64,000 nt of DNA from an archaeon (GCA_043815245.1 JBDRJD010000014.1:14986-78985); one strand, 5' to 3'. Positions 26,794 through 36,853 are shown, counted from the stretch's first letter. Notes: generated by a model from the letters alone, not told the origin. Program-made: numbers and translations.

Positions 26794-27024
26794 TTAACTA
26801 TATTTTTTAAATCCAAGTTCTTCTGCAATTTCCCTAAAACAGTGCCTACATAAATGCAGGCCATAGGACCTTATATGTGCTCCAAATCTCCCACATCTTT
26901 CGCATTTTTTAGATGCTATCCCAAACTTCCTATCCTTTGGTTTATTGTGTTTTAGGAACTTCTCCAAAACTAAAGGTTTTTTCCTTAGCTGCTTTAGAAG
27001 TTTCTTCCAGTCACTTGCAGTCAT
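26794..27024 (-). CDS. rps14: uS14 (Zn-binding), N-terminally extended
   Basis: CERCG...[12 protein letters not shown]. Confidence 0.96.
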   Translation of the reverse strand: MTASDWKKLLKQLRKKPLVLEKFLKHNKPKDRKFGIASKKCERCGRFGAHIRSYGLHLCRHCFREIAEELGFKKYS

Positions 27025-27528
27025 TTATTTTACCTCCGTATTAAAATTTTGTTTCATGTAAACAATAATCTCTTCCCGGGTTACTTCCTGCCTTTTTGGG
27101 ATTTTACCTTTCTTTGATTTTCTAATCTTTACTCTCCTTCCAGCTCGACTAAATACCACTGTGACATTAAAACCTATGATGCCTATGTCTCTTTGATATT
27201 CAATTCCAGGAACTTCAATGTATTCTTCAATCCCAAATGAAAGGTGATTATCTTGAATTTGTTTCTGATTTAGCTGATCCTTGATGCCTTTTAGTAGTCT
27301 GCTTAGTAGGGGTATGCCTTTTTGACCTCTAAGGGTCACCTTGCATCCTATTTCTAGACCTGGACGGACCCCAAAAGTTGGTATTCTTTTTTTAGAGCTT
27401 GTCCTAATTGGTTTCATTCCGGTAACTATCTGAAGTAATTTTGTAGCCCTATCAAGCTTTTCAGCTGTGGCTCCAGCACTTATAATTACCTTTTCTATCT
27501 TAACTTCACGCATCTTATTACTTTCCAT
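27025..27528 (-). CDS. rpl5: uL5
   Basis: IGCKVTLRG, SFGIEEYI. Confidence 0.97.
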   Translation of the reverse strand: MESNKMREVKIEKVIISAGATAEKLDRATKLLQIVTGMKPIRTSSKKRIPTFGVRPGLEIGCKVTLRGQKGIPLLSRLLKGIKDQLNQKQIQDNHLSFGIEEYIEVPGIEYQRDIGIIGFNVTVVFSRAGRRVKIRKSKKGKIPKRQEVTREEIIVYMKQNFNTEVK

Positions 27529-28171
27529 TTTCAATTGCCATCAAGTTTAGTAATTTTACATTTAATTTTTTATCTTTGAAAATAACCTCGGCCATATTTT
27601 TTCCCTCTTCGATTTTTTCAACTGTTCCCTTTTTCCCTAAGTGTTTCCCACCAATAACGATAACTTTTGCCTTGTTGCTTAACTCAATTTTTTTAATAAT
27701 CTTATTTGACTTTAGCTCAACCAAGACGGAATTACCTGTTTTAATGTCTTCGTTAGTCAAGATTGTTCTGCCATCATTTAAAGACAGTTGTGTGGTCTTA
27801 CCCTTAAGAATTTTTTTTCCTACCACTTTTAAGATCTTACTATCTAACTCCTCTTTTGAAATTTCTTCTAGTTTGAATTTCTTAAAATCCGAGTAAGTTA
27901 ACCGATAGCATTTATCTCCCTTAAGAGAGAGGGTATCAAAGAACAGTAATGGGTTTTTTTCGGATCTCATAACCTTCCCATTAACAACTATACTGCCAAG
28001 ATTCAGTATTTGTTTTGCCTCTTTCCTATTTTTAGCAATTTTAAGCATATCCCTCAAAACAATTAACAGTGGGACTCCTTTCCTTTTATTATGAGAAGGT
28101 ACAACTATGTATTTAGTCCCTTTTCTTGTTAATGGCCATTTCCTAGGCATTTTATTTCTTTTTAAGTGCAT
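27518..28171 (-). CDS. rps4e: eS4
   Basis: MHLKR..P..WP..RKG, VIGGKHLG. Confidence 0.95.
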   Translation of the reverse strand: MHLKRNKMPRKWPLTRKGTKYIVVPSHNKRKGVPLLIVLRDMLKIAKNRKEAKQILNLGSIVVNGKVMRSEKNPLLFFDTLSLKGDKCYRLTYSDFKKFKLEEISKEELDSKILKVVGKKILKGKTTQLSLNDGRTILTNEDIKTGNSVLVELKSNKIIKKIELSNKAKVIVIGGKHLGKKGTVEKIEEGKNMAEVIFKDKKLNVKLLNLMAIENGK

Positions 28172-28562
28172 TTTTATCCTCCATGTTTCTGCTAATGGCT
28201 TGTTCTCGCTTTTTATCTTCGAGGTTTAATTCTTGAATTTGAATTTTGCTTGGGCTGAACCATACATTTACCTTAGTCCCATCTTTCTTTTGGGCCTGTA
28301 TATTTTCGATGCTTACTCTCATCTTACTCCGGTTTACTCCAGACACTTTTCCTGATTTATTCTTAAACTTGCCTCTTAGAACTTTTACGGTATCTCCTTT
28401 CCTTAGTGGGAAGGATCTCCGTGAGTATTTTTTTCTAAGTTCCTTTGAAAGATTTGAGGATAGGAAAGCTTTTTTCAGGTGTTTGGAAATATTGGCTTTA
28501 TATTTTCTCTGCTTCCTCTTCAGTTTAGAGGATTTCCATTTGGTTGAAAATTTCTTTTTCAT
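28152..28562 (-). CDS. rpl24: uL24
   Basis: LSKELRKKY, KGDTVKVLRG. Confidence 0.97.
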   Translation of the reverse strand: MKKKFSTKWKSSKLKRKQRKYKANISKHLKKAFLSSNLSKELRKKYSRRSFPLRKGDTVKVLRGKFKNKSGKVSGVNRSKMRVSIENIQAQKKDGTKVNVWFSPSKIQIQELNLEDKKREQAISRNMEDKNALKKK

Positions 28563-28564
28563 TT

Positions 28565-28966
28565 TTAAACGACTATTGAAGCTATTTTAGCTACCTCCTT
28601 CCATCTTTCTGATATCTCTCTCGGAACAGGCCCTTTAATTTGGGTGCCCTTAGGATTTCCTTTTTCATCCTTTAACAAAGCTACGGCATTATCAGTAAAG
28701 CAGATTCGCTCCCCAGTTTTTCTTTTCCAAGGCTTTCTTTGACGAACTATTACTGCATCAAATACATGGCCCTTCATGTCAGGTTGACCTTTTCTTACAC
28801 TTACTTTTACCCAGTCAGCTATTTTAGCTGATTGCTGTCTTCCTTTTTTTGATTTTCCTTTTTTTACCGCTACAATCCTCACAATCCTCGCTCCGGAATT
28901 ATCAGTGGCCACTAATAAAGATCCTATATTCAGCCCACGGGTTGCTCTTGCGCTAATTGATTTCAT
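28565..28966 (-). CDS. rpl14: uL14
   Basis: DNSGAR, PKGTQIKGPV. Confidence 0.97.
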   Translation of the reverse strand: MKSISARATRGLNIGSLLVATDNSGARIVRIVAVKKGKSKKGRQQSAKIADWVKVSVRKGQPDMKGHVFDAVIVRQRKPWKRKTGERICFTDNAVALLKDEKGNPKGTQIKGPVPREISERWKEVAKIASIVV

Positions 28967-29292
28967 TTTATTTTTTCGGTTACAACAAAGTGTATTAATT
29001 TACTCAGAGGTCTGCATTCTCTGACTTTTATGTAATCTCCAACATTTATCAGATCATGCATGCAACTTGGAAGCCGCGCATGTATCCTTGTCTTTTTCTT
29101 TGCATATCTCTCGTATTTCCTAACATAATAGGTCCACTCAAATTCAATCACCACTCTTCTTAAGAATTTCTTTGTAACATACCCTTCGAAGATTCTTCCT
29201 CTGGCTGAAAGCTGACCGTGCCTTGGGCAATGTATATCCGCGCAGCTAGCTTTTTCAGCTACATTTTTCTGATTTTCTTTATTTTTTTTCAT
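28963..29292 (-). CDS. rps17: uS17
   Basis: CPRHG, KYERY, ECRPLSK. Confidence 0.97.
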   Translation of the reverse strand: MKKNKENQKNVAEKASCADIHCPRHGQLSARGRIFEGYVTKKFLRRVVIEFEWTYYVRKYERYAKKKTRIHARLPSCMHDLINVGDYIKVRECRPLSKLIHFVVTEKIK

Positions 29293-29298
29293 TTTGTT

Positions 29299-29598
29299 TT
29301 ACTCAGATATTGAGTCTTCTGAAAAGCCTAACTTTATCAGGGCTTGTTTTACTTTTTTCTTGTGGTTGCCTTGGAGCTCAATAACTCCTTCCTTCACTGT
29401 TCCACCGCAAGCAAACTCGCTTTTTAATTCTTTTCCAATCTCCTTAATGTTTACTCCCTCTCCAATTCCATGAATAAGGGTCATATATTTTCCGTATCTT
29501 CTCTTCACTAATTCTACTGTGATCTTTTGTTCACTTTTTGCGATGTCCTCACAAACACAAGCCTGTTTTGGCAGGCCACACTTTGGGCATATGTCCAT
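29299..29598 (-). CDS. sui1: Translation initiation factor aIF1 (SUI1)
   Basis: CGLPK..C.CE, ACGGTVK, IELQGNH. Confidence 0.96.
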   Translation of the reverse strand: MDICPKCGLPKQACVCEDIAKSEQKITVELVKRRYGKYMTLIHGIGEGVNIKEIGKELKSEFACGGTVKEGVIELQGNHKKKVKQALIKLGFSEDSISE

Positions 29599-29600
29599 TT

Positions 29601-29774
29601 TTAATTTTTGGTGAGTATCCTGGCTATGGCCTTCTTAATTTCCTTAGCCTTTATTTTACTTGATTTATTGGCAGCTACATTTTTCTTAATAAGTTCCATT
29701 CTAAGTTCTTTTAACTTTTCTTGTTTTTCTTTTTCATTCATCTTCTTTATTTCTTTATTCTTTAGCACTGCCAT
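29601..29774 (-). CDS. rpl29: uL29, 57 aa, not in ORF track
   Basis: Hand translation MAVLKNKEIKKM...KLKELRMELIK...IKKAIARILT; lies between rps3 and sui1. Confidence 0.92.
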   Translation of the reverse strand: MAVLKNKEIKKMNEKEKQEKLKELRMELIKKNVAANKSSKIKAKEIKKAIARILTKN

Positions 29775-30483
29775 CTGATTTTAACTCTTCTTCTTTAATT
29801 TTAGTTTCTTTTTTCTTAGTTTTTTTCTTGGGTTTTTCTTGTTTTGATTCGTCCAATTCTATTTTTCTTGCCCTGATTTTGCTTTTTAGTTCATCTGTGA
29901 CTTTAATTTGGTCGTGAATCTTTGCATCTGGAGGAAGAATTGCCACCTTTACCCCACTTATTCCGGGTTGAGTTAGTGCAGTGGCTTTTGCTCTCGAAAC
30001 TATCTTGGCTGTGTCTCCTGTTTTCTTAAGATAACCTGAAGTAAATCTCCAGGACCGGGATCTCTCGCTTGGCAATCTCCCAGATAGCTTTATCTCAACA
30101 CCCAGGGCTCCAGCTTTCATAATTCTTTCAAGAGCTTTGTAGGCGATTATTTTGAACCTTAGGTTGCCTAGTTTTTCTAAGGACAAAGCAATCTCATCAG
30201 CCATAGTCTGGGCATCGAACTCAGGACGGGTTATCTCTAGAATTTCAATATGTGGATTTTCTAACTTGAATTTTGCCTTGATAACATTAGTGATCTCATT
30301 AATCTTTTCCCCCTTCCTCCCAATAACAAAACCTGGTTTACTTGTGGAGATTATTATTTTTTCGCCGACTGGAGTGTACTCTATCTTAACAGAACTGATT
30401 CTTCCTTTTCCTAAAGACTTTTTGATAAATTCCTTTACATTAAATTCATTTTTCTTGAAGTCTACAAACTTTTTTTCTTCCAT
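29755..30483 (-). CDS. rps3: uS3
   Basis: KPGFVIGRKG KH motif, GALGVEIKLSG; start moved to 30483. Confidence 0.97.
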   Translation of the reverse strand: MEEKKFVDFKKNEFNVKEFIKKSLGKGRISSVKIEYTPVGEKIIISTSKPGFVIGRKGEKINEITNVIKAKFKLENPHIEILEITRPEFDAQTMADEIALSLEKLGNLRFKIIAYKALERIMKAGALGVEIKLSGRLPSERSRSWRFTSGYLKKTGDTAKIVSRAKATALTQPGISGVKVAILPPDAKIHDQIKVTDELKSKIRARKIELDESKQEKPKKKTKKKETKIKEEELKSDGSAKE

Positions 30484-30484
30484 T

Positions 30485-31018
30485 TTAATTTTTATCCTTT
30501 TTGTCGGCCTCCCTTGCAATTAGAAGAATATGTGTTCTTTTAAACTTCATGGATCCAAATCTCTTTGATGGCTTGGAAGCTTGATTTGCTGTAGCCACTT
30601 TGATTGTGGGAGACTCTAACCCATTTACAGTTGAGTTTGCTGAAAGGGCGCTTATTAGTTTTATAAAGGCTTGGCTCGCTCTTAGAGGGTATCTCCCTCT
30701 TTCTATGCCCTTTCTGTGAGGTATCTCTCCTTTCATTGGGACTGCAAGTTTCTTGTTGACTACTTTCTTAAGATTTTCTATTGCTTGATCAGGAGATTTA
30801 TTTTTTATGAACCTGCAGATTGCAATCGAGTGCTTAGTAGATATCTTTAGGTCCCGGCCTCTAGCAATTGCCTCATCTTTCTTAATTGTTTCTTCTTTCT
30901 TTTTCTTTGGTTTCTTCTCTTCTTTCTTTTCTATAGGATTTACTTCTTTTGTGTCTGAAGCTTCAGCTAGTTTCTTCTCTTCTTTCTTTTCTATAGGATT
31001 TACTTCTTTATCTTCCAT
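30485..31018 (-). CDS. rpl22: uL22 with duplicated charged N-terminal extension
   Basis: ISTKHS.AIC, GRYP, THI; KEVNPIEKKEEKK occurs twice. Confidence 0.95.
   Translation of the reverse strand: MEDKEVNPIEKKEEKKLAEASDTKEVNPIEKKEEKKPKKKKEETIKKDEAIARGRDLKISTKHSIAICRFIKNKSPDQAIENLKKVVNKKLAVPMKGEIPHRKGIERGRYPLRASQAFIKLISALSANSTVNGLESPTIKVATANQASKPSKRFGSMKFKRTHILLIAREADKKDKN
30910..31009. repeat. Perfect 40-bp direct repeat, two copies at 60-bp period, inside rpl22
   Basis: 30910-30949 is identical to 30970-31009; the spacer holds palindrome CTGAAGCTTCAG. Confidence 0.95.
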
Positions 31019-31019
31019 T

Positions 31020-31403
31020 TTATTTCACAGATAAGGCTGCTGAACTTCTGGTAGCTCCAATTCCCGGAGCTCCGTGCTGTACTTTACCCCTAGTTGGAGC
31101 AAACTCTCCTAACCTATGGCCTAGCATCTCTTCTGTTATGATAATTTTCGAAAATTCTTTACCGTTATGAACAGATATTGTGAGGCCAACCATTTTAGGT
31201 ACAATAACTAAATCCCTTAAATGTGTTTTTACTGGTTTACCTTTATCAATCCGTTTCTTGTTTTTTGTAATAAAGTTTTCAATAGTCTGAAAATTTCTTA
31301 GGATATACCTTCTCTGAGTAGACTTAACATATTTTGCAAACTCGCGAGTATCCAACTGCTTAAGTTCTTCTAATGATTTTCCTCTAAAATTGAAATCTGC
31401 CAT
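31020..31403 (-). CDS. rps19: uS19
   Basis: [21 protein letters not shown]. Confidence 0.98.
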   Translation of the reverse strand: MADFNFRGKSLEELKQLDTREFAKYVKSTQRRYILRNFQTIENFITKNKKRIDKGKPVKTHLRDLVIVPKMVGLTISVHNGKEFSKIIITEEMLGHRLGEFAPTRGKVQHGAPGIGATRSSAALSVK

Positions 31404-32104
31404 TATCTTCTCTTACCCTTCCTTCTCCCAGTCCTTCTTGGTCTTAAATGTCCTACATTGGCTCCAGGAGGAGCATTTCTTTTAGCAATCTTGCTTTTAA
31501 TTCTTTTTCCTCTACCAGAACCAAATGGGTGATCTATAGCATTCATTTTTACAGCTGAAGTTCTTGGCCAAAGTTTGCTTTTTGCTTTTTTAATATAATA
31601 CTGTTTTCCTGCTTTAATAATCGGTTTTTTTACTCTGCCTGAACCTGCAATCTCCCCAACAGTTGCTCTACAGTGCCCTAAAAATAGGAGTTCTTTCCTA
31701 TTTGGAAGTAAAATTGTTACTTTTTCTGCTTTCTTAGTAATGACCCCGTATGACCCAGATGCACGCATTATTTTCCCTCCATCTCCTGGAGACCTTTCAA
31801 TATTGAAAACTCTCCTACCCGTGGGTATATCTTTTAATTGAAGTATGTTGCCCTCACTTAACTTACTCCCTAGTTCTATTTCTTGGCCTTCAAAAAGACC
31901 TTTTGCTGCAGGATTATAAAATACTTCATCATTGACTTTTATTTTTGCGAGTGGTGCAGAATGCCCTGCTGAGTTTAGGAGTTTTACAACCTTGGCTTTT
32001 CCGATAGATGCAGGATATTTTATCTTATATTTGAAAGCATTTCTACGAACTCTATAAGTTAGAGTTCCCCTTCCACGTCTCTGTTGAATAATTCGTTTTC
32101 CCAT
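31403..32104 (-). CDS. rpl2: uL2
   Basis: [22 protein letters not shown]. Confidence 0.98.
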   Translation of the reverse strand: MGKRIIQQRRGRGTLTYRVRRNAFKYKIKYPASIGKAKVVKLLNSAGHSAPLAKIKVNDEVFYNPAAKGLFEGQEIELGSKLSEGNILQLKDIPTGRRVFNIERSPGDGGKIMRASGSYGVITKKAEKVTILLPNRKELLFLGHCRATVGEIAGSGRVKKPIIKAGKQYYIKKAKSKLWPRTSAVKMNAIDHPFGSGRGKRIKSKIAKRNAPPGANVGHLRPRRTGRRKGKRR

Positions 32105-32105
32105 G

Positions 32106-32348
32106 TTATATCATACCCAATTTAGTGGCAATATCAATTGCTGGATTTTTTTTGTCGAGGGTTACGTAAGCGTTTTTCTTATTCCCCCTTACTAAGGTGT
32201 TCACACTTTTTACTTTGACCTTAAATGCGTCCTCAACTTGCTTTTTTATTTCAGCTTTTTTAGATTTCCTCTCTACAGTGAAAATAAGTGTGTTTTCTAA
32301 CTCAATTAATTTAACTGCTTTTTCTGTGGTGATTGGTTTAAGTATCAT
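32106..32348 (-). CDS. rpl23: uL23
   Basis: PITTEKA, VKSVNTL. Confidence 0.97.
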   Translation of the reverse strand: MILKPITTEKAVKLIELENTLIFTVERKSKKAEIKKQVEDAFKVKVKSVNTLVRGNKKNAYVTLDKKNPAIDIATKLGMI

Positions 32349-33133
32349 TTTTCTTTAACTCCCTTTAGCTCCTCTATTGCTTTTTCTGTGTAGATCGTCA
32401 ATCTTCCCAGCGGCCAAAGGTCAGATATTTCCAAATCTGATATCTTTTTTATATCTATGCCAGAAAGCTTCTTTTGTTCTTTGCTACCAATAATAAGCAG
32501 GAGTCCCGCGTTTTTCTTGTACTTCCTCCCGCGTAATTTTCCTCGGCCACTCCTAACCTTTTTCTTTTGAATTGTTAGATCATTAAGACTGCCCAGAATA
32601 CTCCTTAAAACACCGAAGAACTCTTTGGATTTTAAGTTTAGGAGACTGCTTTCTACTATCAGAGGAAGTTCTATCTTTATTTCTTCTATACTCCCATATC
32701 TTTTGATTAAATGATCTTGAAACCCTGTTGAAGACAGTGCTGATTGGATTGCAATCTCAATCTCCTTCTTATTAATTTTCTTTTGCATTTTGAAATGTTC
32801 TGGTTTAGGAGCATGGGCTTTTCTTCCCCCACGAGTGGATGCAACGGTGGCGCCTACCCAATAAAAATGGTCTCCCCTTCTCCAGAGAATTTTCCTAGGT
32901 ATCCTGGAGATGCCATGCCCATAAGTAGTCTTCCACTTATGTCTTCGGTGTTTTAGTTTACCGCTGGCAGAGTATTTCATACCTGCGAGTGCATTTGGAC
33001 CGTATGGTTGGATTTGTTTTGTTGCTTCAAAATATTTTTGGCAGATATCTTCCCGGATTTTTTTATTAAACCAACTAGGAAGCTCTACTGAAGATTTTTT
33101 CTTGCCGTCTAGGGAGAGTATATTTGCTTTCAT
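32345..33133 (-). CDS. rpl4: uL4
   Basis: GISRIPR, GGRKAHAPK, GKLRGRKY, GRLTIYT. Confidence 0.97.
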   Translation of the reverse strand: MKANILSLDGKKKSSVELPSWFNKKIREDICQKYFEATKQIQPYGPNALAGMKYSASGKLKHRRHKWKTTYGHGISRIPRKILWRRGDHFYWVGATVASTRGGRKAHAPKPEHFKMQKKINKKEIEIAIQSALSSTGFQDHLIKRYGSIEEIKIELPLIVESSLLNLKSKEFFGVLRSILGSLNDLTIQKKKVRSGRGKLRGRKYKKNAGLLLIIGSKEQKKLSGIDIKKISDLEISDLWPLGRLTIYTEKAIEELKGVKEK

Positions 33134-34074
33134 CTTAATTCCAAAAACTCAAAAGTTTTCTTTTCTTGTTTTCTTGTTTTTCTAAGAGGTTTAGTTAAGA
33201 GCAATTGCCTTTTCTGCGAACCCTGTACCGAACCCCTTAATATGAGATACTCATTTTTTATCTTGCCATAATGTTTAAATCCTTGAGGGGGATTAATATC
33301 TGTCTCAGAAATCCTCCCTATAAAGATAATTTTGTTGTTATAAACGATCAGGGAAAACATACCTAGTTTCCCTGCCATTGGAACTCTGAATGTCACCCTG
33401 GCGGGATGCCATGGTCCAAGGCTTCCAGGAAGTCTTCTCCCTTTTTCTGATTTGTGACCCTTCATCCCAATTCCAAATCTCTTCATAGGCCCAGATAATC
33501 CCTTACCTTTTGTTAAACCACGAACATCAACTAATCCTGAATCTTTTAACACGTCTGCTAAAAGGATTTCCTTTTTAGAATAATCTTTAACAAATTTTAT
33601 TTTTTCTTCCTTGTTGCCGCCAAGACCGAGTTCTATTAAGTCGGGGGTTTTCTTAATGGAAGTGACTTTCACTAAAGAGTAAACAAGAATTGTTAAATCG
33701 TCAAAGTCTTCTTTTTCTAGGGCTTCGAGACCCTTGAGCTGCTTGGGAAGTTTTAATTTCTTTTTAAGCTCTTTATCATTATTCAGAATTAGGTCATTTT
33801 TAACTAGGCCATTTTTATACAACCTTGCTGAGAATATTTTCATAGGGGGTGCTTCAAGAACAGTGACTGGGACGGAGATTCTTTTTCCCTTAGTCATTGA
33901 GTTAGGGGTGTTATCCTTAACCAGAGCAGATTTCATACCTACTTTATATGTGATAAAACCTAGAACTCCAAGATCTTTTATGGGGCTCCAGTTCACACTA
34001 GGAATAGCTTTCTTGGCTCTTTTACGAGGCCAATACTGAAGACTACCAAATCTTGGTCTACTTTGTTTTGGCAT
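33130..34074 (-). CDS. rpl3: uL3
   Basis: PRFGSLQYWPRKR, TKGKG, GSLGPWHP. Confidence 0.98.
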   Translation of the reverse strand: MPKQSRPRFGSLQYWPRKRAKKAIPSVNWSPIKDLGVLGFITYKVGMKSALVKDNTPNSMTKGKRISVPVTVLEAPPMKIFSARLYKNGLVKNDLILNNDKELKKKLKLPKQLKGLEALEKEDFDDLTILVYSLVKVTSIKKTPDLIELGLGGNKEEKIKFVKDYSKKEILLADVLKDSGLVDVRGLTKGKGLSGPMKRFGIGMKGHKSEKGRRLPGSLGPWHPARVTFRVPMAGKLGMFSLIVYNNKIIFIGRISETDINPPQGFKHYGKIKNEYLILRGSVQGSQKRQLLLTKPLRKTRKQEKKTFEFLELR

Positions 34075-34174
34075 TTAATTAAATACATCATGCTAGCAAC
34101 CCCTAGCTAGTTTACATAATTAGAGTCCTAGGATTAATGCGAATTTAGGGTTTATAAAGCTTATTATGGACTGC

Positions 34175-35269
34175 TTAACCAAATCGGTCCTCTAAAAGAG
34201 GTTGGAGGGATTCTTTGTGTATTTCAATAATACTCTCTGCAACTTGCTCTGGAGTTCTGCCTAGGCCGGTACCTTCTAAAAAAGCTTGTGTAAAATCTGG
34301 GCCTATATGGGCTTGGAAAGATTGTTTGCTTAGTAACAAAGAAAGAAAACTGTGAAAAGTTCTTACTGCTCCTGGTTTCAGGCAATTAGCCCCAACAAAA
34401 TACCAATCTCTTCTTAAGGAATCATGATCTGTAATGGGGGTGGCGTCTTCAAAGTCTGCTAGCTCCCCTGCAAGGGTGATATTTCTAAGATTGGGGTATT
34501 TATGTATTAACCCTAGATGAATTAAAGCTGCGTAAGACTTGCCCCCTTCAAAAACTGCCTGTTCAAGCCTATCTTTTGGAATCTTGGTGTCATAATAAAC
34601 AATCCTGAATGGGCAACGTGAGGCTCTTACTAAGTATCCTGCTTTTTCTTTAATAATATATGGAAACTCTTTTTTTTCATATTTTAAGTCTCCTCCGGTC
34701 AGTTCTTCTAAAAGAGAGGTAACTTCTTCTAAACCCTCTTTTTCATAGATTCCAAAGATTAAGCTCGCATCTTCAGGTTTAGCTTGGCCGTTGGTTGCTA
34801 AAGATACCAAACCCAGAATGAGCTGCTTTTCAAATTCCTCTTTAGGGAACTCTAATAAGGAAAGAGGTTTTTGGGTCCTTATTTCTTGTGAATCCATAAC
34901 TTGTTTGAGTAGGAAGTACTCAGAGGCAGCATTTACAAAATACATCCCAAAGTTAAGGTCTCCTTCACTATGACGAAGAGGAAATAAATGTTTACCATCT
35001 TGCCCATAACCTTTAACTTCTCTATAAAAATTCTCCCCATCGACTAAAATGGGAGATGGATCAAATACCGTCCTCACACCCATAAAATTATAATGGGGGA
35101 CCAAAGTTTGGGCTTCAGTTCTTATACCTTTGGGGATGTATCCTAACTGCCTTCCAGCTTTGGTTGAATCAACAACTAATGCTCGCTTAGGGATAATCCT
35201 CTTTTTCCAATCTGATAATTCATGCACATGCTTACTAACCAACTCTTGAATCTCATTTGTATTTAACAT
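34175..35269 (-). CDS. Hypothetical protein with SelO/YdiU-like (pseudo)kinase motifs
   Basis: EVKGYG, VRASRCPFRI, GLIHKYPNLRNITLAGELADFE. Confidence 0.55.
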   Translation of the reverse strand: MLNTNEIQELVSKHVHELSDWKKRIIPKRALVVDSTKAGRQLGYIPKGIRTEAQTLVPHYNFMGVRTVFDPSPILVDGENFYREVKGYGQDGKHLFPLRHSEGDLNFGMYFVNAASEYFLLKQVMDSQEIRTQKPLSLLEFPKEEFEKQLILGLVSLATNGQAKPEDASLIFGIYEKEGLEEVTSLLEELTGGDLKYEKKEFPYIIKEKAGYLVRASRCPFRIVYYDTKIPKDRLEQAVFEGGKSYAALIHLGLIHKYPNLRNITLAGELADFEDATPITDHDSLRRDWYFVGANCLKPGAVRTFHSFLSLLLSKQSFQAHIGPDFTQAFLEGTGLGRTPEQVAESIIEIHKESLQPLLEDRFG

Positions 35270-35318
35270 TTTATCTTAGAACTCTTTTTACACTTAGGGT
35301 TTTATAAAACTTCGGAGT

Positions 35319-36134
35319 TTATTTGCACCCGTATATTGTAGTGAAATAATTGATTTTTTTGTAATAATTAACAAAACTTTTAATCTGAGGGGGGTTTATC
35401 TTTTTTTGTTTATCAACATCAAAAAGACTAAATTTATTTTTGAGGAGGGTATCTAGAAAATCCTGAGGGTTAGACCCAATTGAAGTTAAGTTTTCTGGGG
35501 AAAACTCCACAGTGAATTTTAGACCTTTATTTTTTAAAGTATTTTTCATGCCGTTAAATGCAAAAAGCTCTGCCCCTTGAATATCCATTTTAAAAAACTT
35601 AATTTTTTTTAAATTTTTTTTAAGATAGGTGTCTAATCTTACAGAATCAACTTCATACCTGCTTTCGCTCTCTCTTTCTTTATCATTAAACGTAGGATAT
35701 ATTCTTGTATCTCCTTTATTGATTTTCGACAAAAAGAGTTTAACTCTGCCATTTTTATTGGAAACTGCCTTATTCTCAAGAATAACATTTTTGTAGCCGT
35801 TTTCCTTTACATTTTTCTGCAGGACCTTGAAGTTTTCAGGATCTGGTTCGAATGAAAATACTTTGCCATTTTTACCAACAAGTTTTGCAAGAAGGAGAGT
35901 GTAGTATCCTATATGGGCTCCGACATCAAGAACATAGTCTCCTGATTTGATAGTTCTTTTGAGTAGGTCCACATGCCTCGGCTCATAATTTCTTCTTATA
36001 GAGAGCAATAAAGAATCTTTAGAATCTAAGAACATCTTATTCCCCTGTACATTTACCACCTTATTAGGGTTCACGAGATATTTTAGTGCTTGTCTCCAAA
36101 GGAAATTCTTTAATCTTATAGCTAAGTGGGCCAT
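35319..36134 (-). CDS. FkbM-family SAM methyltransferase
   Basis: LDVGAHIGYY, FEPDP, KMDIQGAE. Confidence 0.93.
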   Translation of the reverse strand: MAHLAIRLKNFLWRQALKYLVNPNKVVNVQGNKMFLDSKDSLLLSIRRNYEPRHVDLLKRTIKSGDYVLDVGAHIGYYTLLLAKLVGKNGKVFSFEPDPENFKVLQKNVKENGYKNVILENKAVSNKNGRVKLFLSKINKGDTRIYPTFNDKERESESRYEVDSVRLDTYLKKNLKKIKFFKMDIQGAELFAFNGMKNTLKNKGLKFTVEFSPENLTSIGSNPQDFLDTLLKNKFSLFDVDKQKKINPPQIKSFVNYYKKINYFTTIYGCK

Positions 36135-36205
36135 ACGGGGAATTGTTTTTATTTATTTATAAATGTTTGGACAAAAATTTAGGCATAATAAAAAGCAGAT
36201 ATTTT

Positions 36206-36853
36206 TTAGACTTCAATATCCTTTTCTTTCCTTTCCTTAACACCATCGACTTCAATTCTTCTAGTTAACTTGCCCTTTCTTTTGCTAAGAATACGAATTT
36301 TTTCAAAGTCCTTTTCATTTTTAGGACGGATTATATCCGTTATTTCGTAGTCATGTAAGATTCTTACTTTTTTACAATCTCCTATATCCCAAAAAAATGA
36401 CTCTTTAATCTTCTCCTTATGTTTTAAATCTGATTCTAATTGGCAGAACTTGTCATCTACTTTGGATTCCGCTTTTGATGAAGGTCTTGGAAGCTTTTTC
36501 TTCATCTTTATGAAAAAAGTATGTGCCTCAACGTCGGCAAGGATACAGTAAGAATTTTCAATTAATTCCTTTAGTTCTGAGGAGGTTAGATCTTTATTTA
36601 TTTCTTGTTTTCCTATTTTATTACCTAATTTTTTGAATACTACCCCTGAAACCTTCCCCCCTCCAAGTTCAGATGCTAAGCGAAGAAAGTCGGTTGAGTA
36701 CTCATAAGTACCTTTAACTTTAATCTTTGAGGTAATATGTAAGTTTATAACTGCTTTATTTTCAAATAGGCCCTTAGAAAATCTAACAAATTGGGAATGG
36801 ACAGCTTCATCCAGTTCTTCATTAAATATTTTTTTTATAAAACAATCTACCAT
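36206..36853 (-). CDS. Hypothetical basic protein
   Basis: 215-aa ORF (HSQFVRFSKG, KLPRP, FFWD); no function recognised. Confidence 0.75.
   Translation of the reverse strand: MVDCFIKKIFNEELDEAVHSQFVRFSKGLFENKAVINLHITSKIKVKGTYEYSTDFLRLASELGGGKVSGVVFKKLGNKIGKQEINKDLTSSELKELIENSYCILADVEAHTFFIKMKKKLPRPSSKAESKVDDKFCQLESDLKHKEKIKESFFWDIGDCKKVRILHDYEITDIIRPKNEKDFEKIRILSKRKGKLTRRIEVDGVKERKEKDIEV

Noticed and set aside
30910..31009. Repeat-spacer-repeat as a mini CRISPR array
   Set aside because: Only two copies, a 20-bp spacer, in frame within rpl22, and no cas genes or leader.
34075..34130. Alternative hairpins in the rpl3 leader as a riboswitch or r-protein operator
   Set aside because: Stems are short (CUAGC/GCUAG) and match no motif I can support without an alignment.
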